Assembly (NCBI GenBank): GCA_977018835.1
Contig: OZ361260.1
Location: 2,914,001-2,978,000, forward strand
Origin: Minutocellus sp. GHC0000111
Taxonomy: Eukaryota
DNA length: 64,000 nt
Direction of reading: 5' to 3'
Shown: positions 23,701 through 36,702 of the stretch, one piece after another
Numbering within the stretch: the first letter of the stretch is position 1
How the letters are laid out: each line of letters opens with the position of its first letter
Position numbers and translations under genes: made by a program
The notes under the pieces: generated by a model
What the model was told of the DNA's origin: nothing
What the model saw: the letters and a program-made list of their open reading frames with translations, nothing else
The model's database searches: none

Positions 23701-25407
23701 CAGAACAGCTTCAAGCGATCTCTCTTGAACAAATGCGAGGATGAATTCAACAAGCAAGACATTTATGTGCACTGGAAGGAGGAAATGGCTGAGTATCAAG
23801 CCACCAAGGACAGTCTGACGGAATCGGAGCGTGCTGAGAAGGAGGAAGATTTTGAGTTCCGTCGGATGACGATCAAGAAGCAGATGCTTGGGTAAGCTTT
23901 TGCACTTGTTAGGTTGATTTGATTTGACCGTTTTGATCTGATTCCTTTATTGTTCAAACTTGTTGCATGTGTGTGCGTGCGTGCGTGCGTGCGTTTGACA
24001 ATACTTTTCTCACTCGATTTCGTCTATTTGCTTTCCATTCAACACTCTTCATCGTCTGACAGCAATATTCGTTTCATTGGTGAGCTGTACAAGAAGGATA
24101 TGCTGAAAGAGAAGATCATGCGTTACTGCATCCATTCGCTCATGAAGATCGAAGAGGTTGAACCTGGCTCTGCCAAATTTGTTGATATGAAGGACGACAA
24201 GATGGATGAGGAAGATCACGAGGCCCTCTGCAATCTATTCACCACAATCGGCAAGACCATGGATCATCCCGGTGCCAGGCGTTACATGGAGGCCTACTTC
24301 AAGAAGATGGACAAGCTTTCCAACGACAAGCGTCTCAGCTCGAGGTACCGCTTCATGTACAAGGATCTCATCGAACTTCGTGGCAACAAGTGGAAGGCTC
24401 GCCGCGAGAAGGAAACTGCCAAGACTCTGGACGAGATCAAGAAGGACTTTGAGAGAGAGGAGCGTATGCAGGCGCAACAGTCGGCGCAGGGTGGCCGCGG
24501 CGGCTATGGCGGTCGCGGCGGAGGCCGCGGTGGTGGCCGAGGCGGAGGCGACTACCGCGGTGGTGACCGGCGTGACAGTCGCAGAGAAAGCAGAGGTGGC
24601 GGCGGTAATAGCTTCTACGGCGGCAGAGGCGGCGATGGTGGTGGTCGGAGACAGTCCTCTAAGCCCCAAGTCGATGAACAAGGCTTCACCGTCATTGGCC
24701 GTGGCCAGCCCATTCCCACCAAGGGTGGAGGTGGCGGCGGATCTAGGAACCCTCCGTCCGGACGGCAGCACTCACCGGTTCCGAGCCGTAGCCCTCCTCC
24801 CCCCAAGCCGAAGCCATCCGGAGCGGCGCCTCTGAGCAAGGAGAAGCTTGAGCAAAAAGCCAAGAATATGAGGGCCGAATTCATGGCAGATTCCAACGAA
24901 GATGAGCTCCTCCTTACTATGGACGAGCTCTCTTCTACTCCAAATGCTGGCTTGACCGTCGTTCAGATCAACACCGACGCGGCTATGGACTGCAAGGATG
25001 CAGAAAGAGACGCCATCATCGAGATGCTATCCATCCTCGGTGAGAAGGGCAAGCTATCTCGCTCGGATTTTGAGACGCCCATGGGCGAGCTTATTGAGTT
25101 CATTGACAGCTTCGTCATCGACTCGCCTCGCGCCTTCAAGTATCTTGGTGACATGCTTGCCGAGTTCCTTCGAGTCAAGGTCCTCGACGTACCCTGGATG
25201 TGTCGCCAGTGCGCCAAGCTGAAGGAATTGGACCCCGATACCAAGTCTGCGGAGCGTGTCATCGTTGAAACGATTGATTCCATGAAGGATATTGATGACG
25301 TTGGAGCCGATGGTGCGAAATCCTTCTTCGGCTCTTCCAGTGAAGCTGCTCTTGAAACTTTGCTTGGAGCGGATCGTTGGTCGGAATTGAAGGCTGAAAA
25401 GTTGTGA
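20755..25407 (+). CDS. EIF4G: Translation initiation factor eIF4G; exons 20755-21465, 21724-23891, 24063-25407
   Basis: RGG/Pro-rich N-terminus. MIF4G: KIKGILNKMTKEKFDKL, YEKAIFEPSFGDMYSELC, MLG|NIRFIGELY, SSRYRFMYKDLIELR. C-terminal MA3 (IDSPRA). Both introns GT-AG and frame-preserving. Confidence 0.92.
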
Positions 25408-25950
25408 GAGCATGCCGCCAAGTGAATGAGGAACTCATTACGATCACACGTATATATTAAAAATTTACTCTTAATTGAAGTTTGCTTTTGATCTGCTACA
25501 TGCGTACCGATTCGTGTAGGAATTCCTAGATCTAGGAATCCTACATAGAGATCTGGGAAAGAGATGGCATCTCCGGAGAAGCACATACCGGTAGATCTAG
25601 TTCTACGTACCTAGGTACACGTACACGTAGTGAAAAACGTCCAACGGACATGTACCTGTAAGCCGGCTCATGACGTGTGACAATTACAAAGCCGGCGCTG
25701 GCGGCCCGCGGCGCAGATGTCAGCTAGCGTCATTCAGAAAGTCCTCGCAGCTTCCTTGAAGACGAAGCTTGCTCGAAGCTTCTTGCAAAGCGGATACATG
25801 TAGAGGCGGAACGACCACTGGCGTCGCTGTATCGGTGCACTGTTGATGCGTGGATTCGATTCCTGCTTGCCCAAGGATCAATAGTGACCTTACATCTCAT
25901 AGTCGTGATCTTATCGTAGTTTGTCGCCAATATCCGCCGGTAACATCAGT

Positions 25951-27143
25951 ATGCAGGGGGCGCACCGACAAGTCCGAAGATATCGCCTTGTCGTGTGCCT
26001 GGCTCTCTTGATAGCTGCTACGGTTGCACCGGCCTACGTGTATTCCTTCCCCTTTCGACTTCAGCCCTGGAAGCAGCCAGTGGCTCAGCACCAAAGAACT
26101 GAGAGGCGAAGGCGTGCTCCTGGTCTTTCCGAGCTGTTCGGTGCAAATGGCAGCGAAGGGTCGGATAATGTCGATGCCGATATCGATGGTGCCGACGGCA
26201 AAAGCATGGTGAGGAAGGGGAGGTCGGGACCTGCTCCTGTTAGTTCATTTGAAGAGATGGTTCGAAGGATGACCAATAATCCAGAATACAAGGTAAGATT
26301 GTACCGGGCTGATGATGAATTGTGTGCATGAGATGAGCCTGTTCGATGTTTTTCCCCTCCATCCATCTGTCTCTAAATATTTTCATCGATTCATTCATCA
26401 ACCTTTCCATACCATAAAAGTTTGGGGATTTAACCAAGAGTGCTGTGAGCGCTGGGACGCATGCTATGGAGGATGTTGTTCACAAGGCAACGGGGAACGA
26501 TGACTACCACTTCGGCGACATTACAAAGGGAACTATATCGAAGGTATCCAAAACTGGCACGAATGTTCTAACGTACTCGGAGAAGACGCTGTCATTAATG
26601 CGTGAGGCGGATATTCACGAGTTGGTCGAGCTCACACGATTTTTTTGGACTCAGAACATGAACTACGAGCAGAAGCGTGAAACATTCGTGGTGATTGTTT
26701 ATCTTGGTGCAGTTTTGGTACTGGCCTACAACTTTGTTGCAAACATTAATGCTGCACTTGTAAATGCCGCCGCCTGGACGATGGCGAGTGTCAAGCTTGG
26801 GGCCTCACCGTTGTCGGCAGCGGCTACTGCAGCTGCGACGGTAAGTGGTGGCTTGGGTGGATGGGACACGTTCCTTCGTGCACAGAAGACGTTGGACATG
26901 TGCTTTGGCTGGCCTTTCCTTCCCGCTCGTGTAGCTACCACAATTCCGATTTTCTTCAAATACCAGCACTGGATCCGAAAGCTCGAGGCGAGATTTCCGC
27001 TAAAGAACAAGTATCCCATCTTGAATCGAGTGGCTTCTCTCCTCACAATGTGGATTGGCTTGAATTTAGTCACGTACGCCAGTGTTTCTGTTGGCTTTGC
27101 CTGGCTAGGATCTCGCATTGTCAGTGGTGTTCCTCTTCGATGA
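25951..27143 (+). CDS. Hypothetical membrane protein with a signal/targeting peptide and YxFGD(L/I)TK repeats; exons 25951-26292 and 26421-27143
   Basis: Intron GTAAGA...AAG joins PEYK|FGDLTK; second copy DYHFGDITK; several hydrophobic helices. Confidence 0.75.
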
Positions 27144-27280
27144 TGATGGTGGAATTTGGGAAGTAGGAATTCCTACATGTAGGAGTTATCTTCTGAAAAT
27201 TTAGACTCTTGTTGAGCGTACGTTAAAGCTGAAATTCATTTATTTGCTCACGATAAATAAATAAGAACCACCAAGCCTAG

Positions 27281-27300
27281 TACCGGTACCGGTACCGGTA
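27281..27300. repeat. Palindromic tandem repeat (TACCGG)x3 TA
   Basis: Read directly from the sequence. Confidence 0.9.
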
Positions 27301-27383
27301 CGATCGTAAATTTTGAAAGGACTTCATACCGACCGGAACACGTAGATAGACTACACATGTGTACAACATGTACACTGTAGTAG

Positions 27384-27467
27384 ATGAGAAGCGAAGAAAG
27401 TAGGACAATCAAAGCCAGCCGCAAATAATTACTCATAGCGCCGTTCAGGTCCACTTCTAAATCCTCT
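27384..27467 (+). repeat. Dispersed repeat, copy 2 (see 13930-14025)
   Basis: Near-identical to copy 1 but lacks the CCAGTAGATCTA insertion. Confidence 0.9.
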
Positions 27468-27550
27468 AAACTGCTCGTAGTAACCATATTCTCGACTCGT
27501 ATGTCGATCATATAAGCAACGTCTACGTAGAAAATTGTTATACATATGTA

Positions 27551-28358
27551 CAGCCCGTTCTCACCTAGACTCTACATACTAATGACATTCTTTGCTGATT
27601 TGTAATATGTATACATGTAGAGTAGATGGCTTTTTAAGATAGGAAGGGGGGCACTCTCCAGGTGATAATTTTCCACACCAGGTGATAATTTGGATGAACC
27701 AATCGGATGAACCAGTCTCGTGCGAAAAAGTTAAGACTGGTCTAAAGAGTGGCCAACTTCACATAAAAATCCCTGGTTCATCCGATGGTTCATCCAAATT
27801 ATCACCTGGTCTGGAAAATTATCACCTGGAGAGTGCCCCCCTTCCTACTCATCAATTTAAGATACTGCTTATTTCCAAGGCCTCCTCCCATAGTAACTAC
27901 TAGTAACAAGTAATAGAGACATTGGTCACTATGGATAGGGGCGCTGGTGTCATGTTAGTGGTTTTACTAGCAGTATCTTAATTTGCCACTCATCGATGAT
28001 CGTGGCAGATTTGAGCTCCAGACAAAACCCCCGATATCTCATGGTAGGCATCGAATAATTTTACCGGACAATTTTTCCTCGGATCAGCATTTCCTCAGCT
28101 ATCCAAAAATGCACAGAAAGTGTTCACACTATAAACGGATCAAAAAAATAATTCAGATTTCAATCTGCAGTATCTTAAATGGCCATTTACTCTATGTATA
28201 AGCATTTGAGATTCGGGCCCGAGGTCTCAAATTGCTTATTTTGGAATAAGGAATAACATGCGAATGAGGTACCAATTAGCTCTTAGAATAAGCAATATGC
28301 TCAGAATCTCAGCCCTCACCTAAGCAATTACCAATTGCTTATAGGTGAGAACGGACTG
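27551..28358. mobile_element. Non-autonomous Tc1/mariner-like DNA transposon (CAG termini, TA target site)
   Basis: TA|CAGCCCGTTCTCACCTA ... TAGGTGAGAACGGACTG|TA: 17-bp inverted repeat with 1 mismatch; AT-rich non-coding interior. Confidence 0.8.
27642..27845. mobile_element. 204-bp MITE with TIRs of about 74 bp (GGAAGGGGGGCACTCTCC...), TA flanks, nested in the element above
   Basis: Ends are reverse complements over about 74 bp (1 mismatch, 1 indel). Internal direct repeats CCAGGTGATAATTT x2 and GGATGAACCA x2 per arm. TA at 27640-41 and 27846-47. Confidence 0.95.
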
Positions 28359-28704
28359 TAGTAGACTACATAGATCTACCGTACATGTAGATCTACCTAT
28401 AGGAATTTCTACGTCGGTGAAAAGAAGTGCTCATTACATGTATTAGTTGCATAGTCCCGTTTTTATCTGATCCCGTCATGTCAGCGTGTGCTTGGCTGGC
28501 GGCGCCGCCTCGAATTCGTGATCGAGAACGCAACTGCAGCTAAAAAGGAAGTGACCGCCACAGCCATTCAAAGCGATGCGATCCTTCTCTGATAATGCAA
28601 AGTGCTCTATTATTGTCAGACTTGGATCAATTTGTCCAATTGTGATTCCTTTGAATAAGAGGCTGAACTGACTGGTGCGACATTGAAAAGAGTTGAAAGT
28701 AGAC

Positions 28705-31333
28705 ATGTTGATGTCAACCAGATCTTTGCGATCGTGTCAAGGCACCGGCCAATGCAGTGGCAATGCCCTATCCAAATTGCTGTGCCGATCACTATCTTCC
28801 GCCTCGTTTCCAGACTTTCGTAGGGGTATGTTGAAGGAGATTGGTGCGCTGCCCGAGATTAAGGCTCGGAATGATCTGCTTTCCTTTCTTCGCACGTCGG
28901 CGTCGGCGTCGACTGACCTAGATTGTGGCACCGACCTTTTGTCTTCGGGCCCATTCTATCATGTCCCGCCGGAACCTCCCGCTGGAGGATATCGCCATGT
29001 CATGTCCCCTGATCAGATTCGAACTACTCTCGACGCTGCAATGGCTACATTTCATCTCCACGTTGAATCTCGAATTGCTGCGCTTTGCGGGCAGGGATTC
29101 TATACCATCGGACCTTGCGGAGAAGAGATGCTTAGCAGTATCGGCCATGCTCTCGATCCAGATGTCGATGCTGTGGCATTGCATTATCGTCACTTAGGTG
29201 TTTCCATCGTGAGACAATTACGACAAGGACGGGCTATCGAGGATATTCTTCTCGATAGGGCAAGAGGCTACTGTGTATCAACCAACGATCCAGTAACTGG
29301 AGGAGTGCACTGTGCCATAGGTAGTAGAGTTAGTGAGCAGGATTTGAGGACTGGAAGTGGAGACTATGTTGTAACAAGGTAAGTCTATTTTTCGTTGTTT
29401 AAACACATGTTTCCCATAAATCATGTATTAGTCTGGCGCCAATCTAAATGAACCTTATGCTCCAATCATTTCCTTCTTGCAGTACTCTTGCAAGCCAATG
29501 TCCTCCTGCCGTCGCTAGAGCTCTTGGCTTTTCAGTCGCATCCAAACTCTTGCAGCAATCTGACAAGTCTTCGAAACGCCCAGTATCGTTTGTTAGTATC
29601 GGTGATGGGAGTATGCACAATGCGCACTTTCTGACGTCGTTCAATCTTGCTCGGCATGCTCGGTATCGACGCATCAAGTGTCCCGTCGTCTTCGGTATTT
29701 CAGATAATGGTATGTCCATCAGTTACAAGACGGATGGATATACAAGATCACTATTCAATCTCCGTGGTGATGAGATACCGATGTGGCGTGCCAACGGAAC
29801 GGATATGCTGGACGTCTACGACAAGACTGTCCGGGCGACTGAGTATTCGCGGAAGAAGGCAGCACCATCCCTTCTTCTTTATAAGGACATTACACGTCGA
29901 TTCGGCCACGCTGCTACAGACCGGCAACATGCATATCTTTCAGAGAGTGAAGTTCTCAGCATGGCCGAGAGTGATGTTATATCAGCAGCCGTTGTGCAAG
30001 CAGTAGAGCAGCAGAACGTAGGCACGTTCGCCGAGTGGCTGGATCGATTCGAGGAGATCGGATCAGCTGCATCGAATGCCTTTGATACTGCCTCGATGGA
30101 ACCCAAAATCACACGCAGAGAGGACATGTTGTCTATTGTCTCTCAGCCAATGGTTTCAGTACCACGGTTGCCTGAGGCAAAGGTCATTGAGAATGCTGAC
30201 CGAACCCAGACGACAACCAGCAGTAACAAAAAGAAGGGTGGCAAAGCCGAAGTGATGCGAAAGCACATGACCAGGGTGATTGCGGAAACTCTTGAGAAAC
30301 ATCCTGACTGTACATCGGAGAAGATGTTGAGCACGGTGGGTATTACCTTGTGACTGATGGTCTCGTCAAAGAGTTTCCCAATCGAATCATAGATTTTCCG
30401 CCAGACGAGACTACTTTACTTGGTGCTGCAATGGGATATTCACAGGTAGGGTTGACCCCAATCGTTGAGATTCCCTACGCAAAGTACTTGGATTGTGGTG
30501 TGGACACTTTCTACGAACTTGCCATTTCAAATTGGTTGACGAATGGGCAGAGACCTAATGGAATGATTGTGCGGATTCAAGGCTTTGATCGCGGGGTTTT
30601 AAGAGGGAATTTTCACACTCACAACATGCTCTCTCACATTCCACCTGGAGTCGATGCCGTGTGTTACAACAACGGAAGAGATTATGCCCGAGGCTTTAGA
30701 AATGCCATCAAACAAGCCCAAGCTGGTCGAGTTGTGATGTTCATCGACTGCACCAATCTTTTAAATCTGCGTCATCTTCATCAAAAAGATAGGGGTTGGG
30801 AAACAACTTATCCCCTACTAGATGAAGAGGGAGAGATTATGGCATTTGATGACGTGAGAACATATGCTGGCTCTGGGGATGGCAGAACGAGAGGCAAGTA
30901 TGCCATCGTTACCTATGGAAACGGTGTGGTGACTGCTCTTCAGTCTCGAAAGGAAATGATTGATCGGAAAGAGCTGGTTCCTGCCGATCTCGATGTGATA
31001 GATTGTCGTTACCTAAGTAGCGTCCCAGCCGGCCTCAGGGAGATTATTGGAGATTACGATGGCGTTCTTTTCGCGGACATTTGTAAAGAAGGTCCTGGAT
31101 CGAACATTCTCTCACCCATGATATCCCAACTGAAGAGAGACAATGCACTGCCCAACAATTGGGAATTCGTTGCTGCGCCCAGGACTTACAACCCTCTCGG
31201 CAATACCATTACCTTCCTTTCACAGGAAGATATCATTGGCGCATTTAGACGTACCGTGGCTCGAGATGGTGCGAATAACGGCGGCGGCGTTAATGACCAT
31301 GTTGAAGAAGTAGAAACGCGAGTTGCGGTGTAA
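28705..31333 (+). CDS. Fused E1-alpha/E1-beta 2-oxoacid dehydrogenase (TPP-dependent, mitochondrial-type presequence); intron 29379-29482; frameshift near 30310
   Basis: FYTIGPCGEE, TPP motif SIGDGS...ISDNGMSIS, RRFGHAATD. Beta part YIGEDVEHGGYY (shifted frame), FPPDETTLLG, PIVEIPYAKY, NFHTHN, VTYGNGV. Confidence 0.85.
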
Positions 31334-31456
31334 GCAATACGAGCAAACAATTTGATTAATGTCGGCTTGATTTTCTGTGGATCGATTTGACGAGCGAGCG
31401 AATCTGCATTTGCTGGTAAGAATAACCTCTCGAATAGAATATAGACGTTGGTAGAT

Positions 31457-32410
31457 TTATATTATTTCTAACCAGTAGTCTGGCCCGTATGTCACCAAGA
31501 TCTCTTCACCTACCGCAATGGTTCTCGTGGCGACAGTTGCCATGTGCAGGCCATCCACTTCTTTGTGCATTGCGTTCGATACATCGATGCTTTCGATAAC
31601 ATAAGATGCAATACTCTCCTCAACACCTTGCGTAGGATCACCTTCCCCCAAGGCTATATGCCCTGCTCCATCATTCGCAAAATGACCCAAGTAAGCTGTA
31701 TCATCGTCGAGGGCTGGCAAGCCCATCACTGAGTATGTATCGCTGATGGCACAAGCGTAGTGAGTGAGAGGATCCTGCTTTTCATTGCCGTCGAAAACGG
31801 AGTCTTCGTCCCATCTGTCGGATGGGCCGACGTGAGACCCCCAGGTAACAGTCTCCTCTACCCATTCGTCGTCGTCGTCGTCGTCGTCGTCATCTTCCTC
31901 ATCTTGTCGTTTGACGTGGAAATCATCTACGATCGATGGCTTTGATATCAATATTGCATCGCCTGGATAACAGGTAATTACTTCGTTTGCCTGAATAGTG
32001 CGAGTAGCAAATAGCCCCCTCCCAGCGTTTGGTATCGTGCTGGTGTCCACTCTGGTGTTGTTGAGGATTGCCGTCAGGCTGGGTATTCTTGTCGACAGGA
32101 GCATTTCCTGCACTCGATCGCTGGCTGATATTTCTGTATCTAATGTTTCATCATTGCTGGCCTCTTCGAGCAGATCAGCCTGCTTTTTGTGAAGCAGATC
32201 ACGAAGAGACTCCATGGTCAGCCCTGCATGCATCTCTTCTTCGTCCCTGCTACATGTAGCGCCTGCTTGAATCGTCAATGTGGTCAGTGTCGGATTCCGC
32301 CATTTACATGTAGGTTGAGACGCCGGCAAGATGAAGGCATCCGCTGATTTCAGGATCGTCGCATGGACGACGAGAAAGAGAGGCAATGAGGGAAACGAAT
32401 GCGATGCCAT
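31457..32410 (-). CDS. SET-domain protein, probably plastid-targeted
   Basis: Signal peptide ending ADAF; STIPNAGRGLFATR, GHFAND, GEEILVTYGPDYW. Confidence 0.85.
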   Translation of the reverse strand: MASHSFPSLPLFLVVHATILKSADAFILPASQPTCKWRNPTLTTLTIQAGATCSRDEEEMHAGLTMESLRDLLHKKQADLLEEASNDETLDTEISASDRVQEMLLSTRIPSLTAILNNTRVDTSTIPNAGRGLFATRTIQANEVITCYPGDAILISKPSIVDDFHVKRQDEEDDDDDDDDDEWVEETVTWGSHVGPSDRWDEDSVFDGNEKQDPLTHYACAISDTYSVMGLPALDDDTAYLGHFANDGAGHIALGEGDPTQGVEESIASYVIESIDVSNAMHKEVDGLHMATVATRTIAVGEEILVTYGPDYWLEII

Positions 32411-33034
32411 TATCTTGGGTATTTATTAGCTGGCTAGCTTCTAGAGTAGGATTCCTCTAGCTAGTAGCTACAGTAGATGGCGTGCTCATTGCTCATTGCC
32501 GTCTGCATGCCTGCATGCCTGCATGCCCCCGCCGCCGCCGCCCTCGCCTCGTAATCGTCGCTTGAGGATGGATGCCGACCGACAGACCTTTTACACTTTC
32601 AAATAAATATATTTTTGCCTAAATTTCCAAATTTCTTTCATTTGAGGATTAAAAGTATCATCGTGTTACGAAAATTTTGTGCGAGGCACTACACGAGCCG
32701 GCCGTGCCTTGCAGAAGTTTCAGCGATGTCGATACTCGGCTCTCGTGACTTGTCCCTTGCTCATTCCGCCTTCGCGCTCTGCTACTGACTCTAAACCTCT
32801 CCTAAATACGATCGCTGATACTCACAAGACCGAAGGCGCCCACCATTTGATTTGTCCCGTTTCCCCCTCTTGTCTGGAACTGATCCTTTGTAGGAATCGA
32901 ATTCGATCAATCACGTGAGAGTCACAGCGCAGCGAGATCGATTCGATTCGATTCGAAAGAAGTCAGTGAAGAAGATCGTTGATTAGTAGCTGCTTTGAAT
33001 TGCATCTCATTTATCGTGAGGTCTAGTGGCAATA

Positions 33035-36000
33035 ATGACGAGAAGTTCGCATCGTCGACAGCACGGTCGAACGACGAGTTTCACCTCGCCGTTGCCGCTG
33101 CCGCACACACTGGTCTCCAACAGCACTTCTCTCGACAACAGCCATGTCAACAGTTGTCGCTCAAGACTGTACAACCATCACCGACTGGCAATCACTGCGA
33201 ACAGCAATCGTATCCCTCAAAAAGTCACAAAAGACATTGGTTCTTTGTCCCTTTGCTATCGATCATGCTGGCATTACGCAAGAAGACGGCATCGACCTCT
33301 ACAAGAAGGGCCTCACCCTGGTATGCCAGGGCCAGACCGGAGACGTCGGTGACGACACCATGTACAGAGGATCTCCTTCAGACGGCGGTGATGAACCGAT
33401 CCCTATCGGCTGCACCATCAAGAGCAAGGCGAAGCATTTCAACATCCTTGCCGATGACATTGCTCTTGTTGGTCTGACATTTTCTCATTCGCAAAATGGT
33501 GCGGTATCCGTTGGAGACTCCATTGTCGGCCATATCGAATTGCCACTTTCACGACAACAATAACGTGAGGGGAGATGGTGGTGCCATCATTCTTGGTCCA
33601 CGCAGTGCAGGTACTTTTCTGGTCGGAAGTGAGTTCAACAACAATGGTGCGTGGGGAGGGGGTGCTGTCAGCGGCGTGGGGAGCGATTTGGATGTTCAGG
33701 ATTGCTTATTCCGTGGCAATCGAGCGAACATTGGTGTGGTACGTATACATAGATGTGTTGAAATTGCTTCTACAATTATTGTGGTGCATTGTTTCACTTT
33801 CTTGCTTGAGTTTGCAAACTTTGGCCTTTTTGTTCTCATTTATTCTTTTAATCGATCGCTTTGATTTCTTGGCCTTGTGACCGAATGAATACATGTGTAC
33901 CTAGGTACGTGTAGGGAGGAGCGATAAAGCTATCAGATGAAGATGTGTCAGGCAGCCGCCAGCTCTTGTCGAAATCTCCTACTAGAGAAGAGAAACAGAC
34001 AAATGATGGACGTAAGCTCAATCACAAATCTGAGCGCAGCCAACCGGCTGTCTCGAGTCTCACACTCAGTGACTCTCGTTTCATGTCGAACACAGGTGCC
34101 ATAGCTGGGCCTGCGGTTTACATGGAGTCGAGATCGGATGGAACCAATACTTACATTGCTGCAACAATAGGAGAAAATTATGCATGTGCCAACCTTGGCC
34201 TCAAATCCAGTACCATGTGCAACGGCATTTCGAATGGAAAGGAATGCGTCCCATTTACTAACACTTGCGATAGCAATGGTTTTGATGGAGATGGAGGTGG
34301 AGGTGGAGGTGGAGGTGGGGATGAGGATGAGATCGATCTCTCCTCGCCTTCAGATGCAACTATTGGTATTGAAGAAGATGGCAGCGGAGCAGGCGTTGCC
34401 AACGGCGATGGCAGTGATGAAGCGGATGTCGTACGGGACGGCGGGACAGCAGGCATAAGTGATGACTTTGGTCCAGAGACTGGCCCACCTCCGATATTGG
34501 AACTGGAGGCGACGATACCAATGGTGATTTCAGAGATGGAGCCACTACAGCGACACCGACATTTTCTAAATTGCCAACGCCTGTGCCAACTTCTGATCCT
34601 ACTCATGATCCAACGATGGCTCCTACTTTCGTTCCGACGGCAACTCCGACGTATAATCCTACAGCCGAGCCAACGGTTCGATGCAATATGGACATTGTGA
34701 CTCGCCATTCCATGATTTTGACGCAGCTTGAGAGCATATCTGATGCAACTGACTTGCGACGTACCAGTACTCCTCAGGGCAAAGCTGTCGATTGGCTCGT
34801 CTATGTTGACTCGATGTACCTATGTCCTGATGATACCTATTTGATACAGAGATATGTCTTAGCGGTGCTTTATTACGCCACAAATGGCCATCAAGGTTGG
34901 CTTACATGCTCTCGAACGGGTGATGTTGCAGCCAATGATTGTCCTCAGACCACGAAGCGATTTCTCAGCAATTATCACGAGTGTACGTGGGCTGGCATTG
35001 GCTGCAACGGCAGCAACTTTGTCACGCGGATTGCTTTTGAAGACAATGGTTTGTCGGGAACAATCCCTGCCGAAATAATAGGGGCGCTCTCTTCTTTAAA
35101 GACGCTGCGTATGGAACGAGGAAAGCTCTCCGGATCTCTTCCAGCAACACTCGGTGATCTAACCAATCTCGAAAAGCTCGATCTTGACTACAATAATCTT
35201 TGGGGTACCCTGCCATCGACGTTAGACCGTCTCGCGAATCTCAAATTGATTGATTTGAATAGCAATGATCTGTCTGGAAGCATCGATGTTTTGGCGGGCC
35301 TTTCAGATCTGTTCTTCGTCCAGCTGCAATCGAATTTTTTCAGTGGGACTGTATCCGAGGCGTTCGGGTCACTTTCTCAGCTCCGTAAGTACTTATTTGC
35401 ATGCATGTATACCGCTCTCTGTTTAAATCCTCCTTATTTATTGCTTGTATGCAATTATTTCTCATACTTTCATCATTGTCTCGAACCTGATCATTTCCAT
35501 TTGAAATGCTTGTAGAGGTATTTTCTGTTCAAGAAAACCAAATGGAAGGTGATATTGCCTTGGGTTTCTGCAATCTCCGTATAAGTGGGCATCTTGAACA
35601 TTTAGAGGCTGATTGTTCCAGTCCTGCCGATGGTGGAACGGTTGGCTGTGTGTGCTGCACCAAGTGCTATCCCTACGATGATTCGTCACTGAACAATGCC
35701 GATGGTGTAGGAAATGGAGAAGATCCTATAATTTCTACTCCCTCTCCCAATTCGGAAGCTCCTTCACCTAAGCCCACTCGCCACCCAACGACCGAACCAA
35801 CTCACGAACCTACTCCTGAACCTACCAATGCACCGTCACCTTTTACCATTGCTCCGACTCGAGCTTGCGGTGGTATCAGCAAATCTGCCTGGAAGGAATC
35901 GATCATCAATATGCTTGCATCATCCGGAGTATCAACTAGGAGCAGTCTCCTGACAAATGGCAGTCCTCAGGCCAAGGCTGTTTGGTGGATCCTTAATCAA

Positions 36001-36702
36001 GATCCCATGAGGCTCTGTCCTGGTGACGAACGCATACAGCAGCGATATCTCGCGGCCTTGTTCTACTACTCGACAGATGGACCCAACTGGTTAGAAACAG
36101 GAAACGGCGATCAAAAATTTCTCGGGTCGGCAAGCGAGTGCTATTGGATGGGCCTCCAATGCAACGCCTACGGTGAAATCACTCAAATTGAAATTGAGAA
36201 CAACGGTCTGGGTGGTTCTCTCCCTTACGAAATTGCTTCTTTGACGAAGCTTGAAGTCTTGAGCCTCGAAAAAGGAGAAATTACCGGACGGATACCAACC
36301 GAGATTGGCACCCTGCGAGAGCTTCGTGAGCTAGATCTTGACTTCAATATGCTCACGGGAGAGCTGCCCTACACCCTCGGTGATGCGCCCAAGCTCAACG
36401 TTATCGACCTGAACAGCAACATGCTCACGGGCAGCATCAGCGTTCTGGCGCAAGTTAGGGAGGCCTACTTCGTCCAACTGCACAACAATAAGTTCACTGG
36501 AGCTATTGCCCCTGCCATAGGTCTCCTAGGAAACCTTCAAGTTTTAACGCTGCACAAAAATGACTTAACGGGAGTCATGCCTATCATGGTGTGCAATCGA
36601 TTGGCAGCGTACGGAGGTGCTATCGACCATCTTTGGGCTGACTGCGAAGGGGCGGTCCCCAAGGTTTCTTGCTCATGCTGCACCAAGTGTTTCGAGGGAT
36701 AA
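33035..36702 (+). CDS. LRR cluster gene A: N-module (LCPF domain plus GGAI beta-helix-like repeats) and 2 capped LRR modules; introns 33739-33914 and 35385-35515; frameshifts near 33118, 33530 and 34485
   Basis: QRYVLAVLYYATNG...ECTWAGIGC cap, plant-type LRRs (LxxLDLDYNxLxGxLP), ADC...CVCCTKC end cap. The 5' end is uncertain. Confidence 0.75.

Noticed and set aside
27655..27830. Repeated CCAGGTGATAATTT units as a possible CRISPR or operator array
   Set aside because: They are subterminal repeats inside inverted MITE arms; there are no spacers or cas genes, and the context is eukaryotic.
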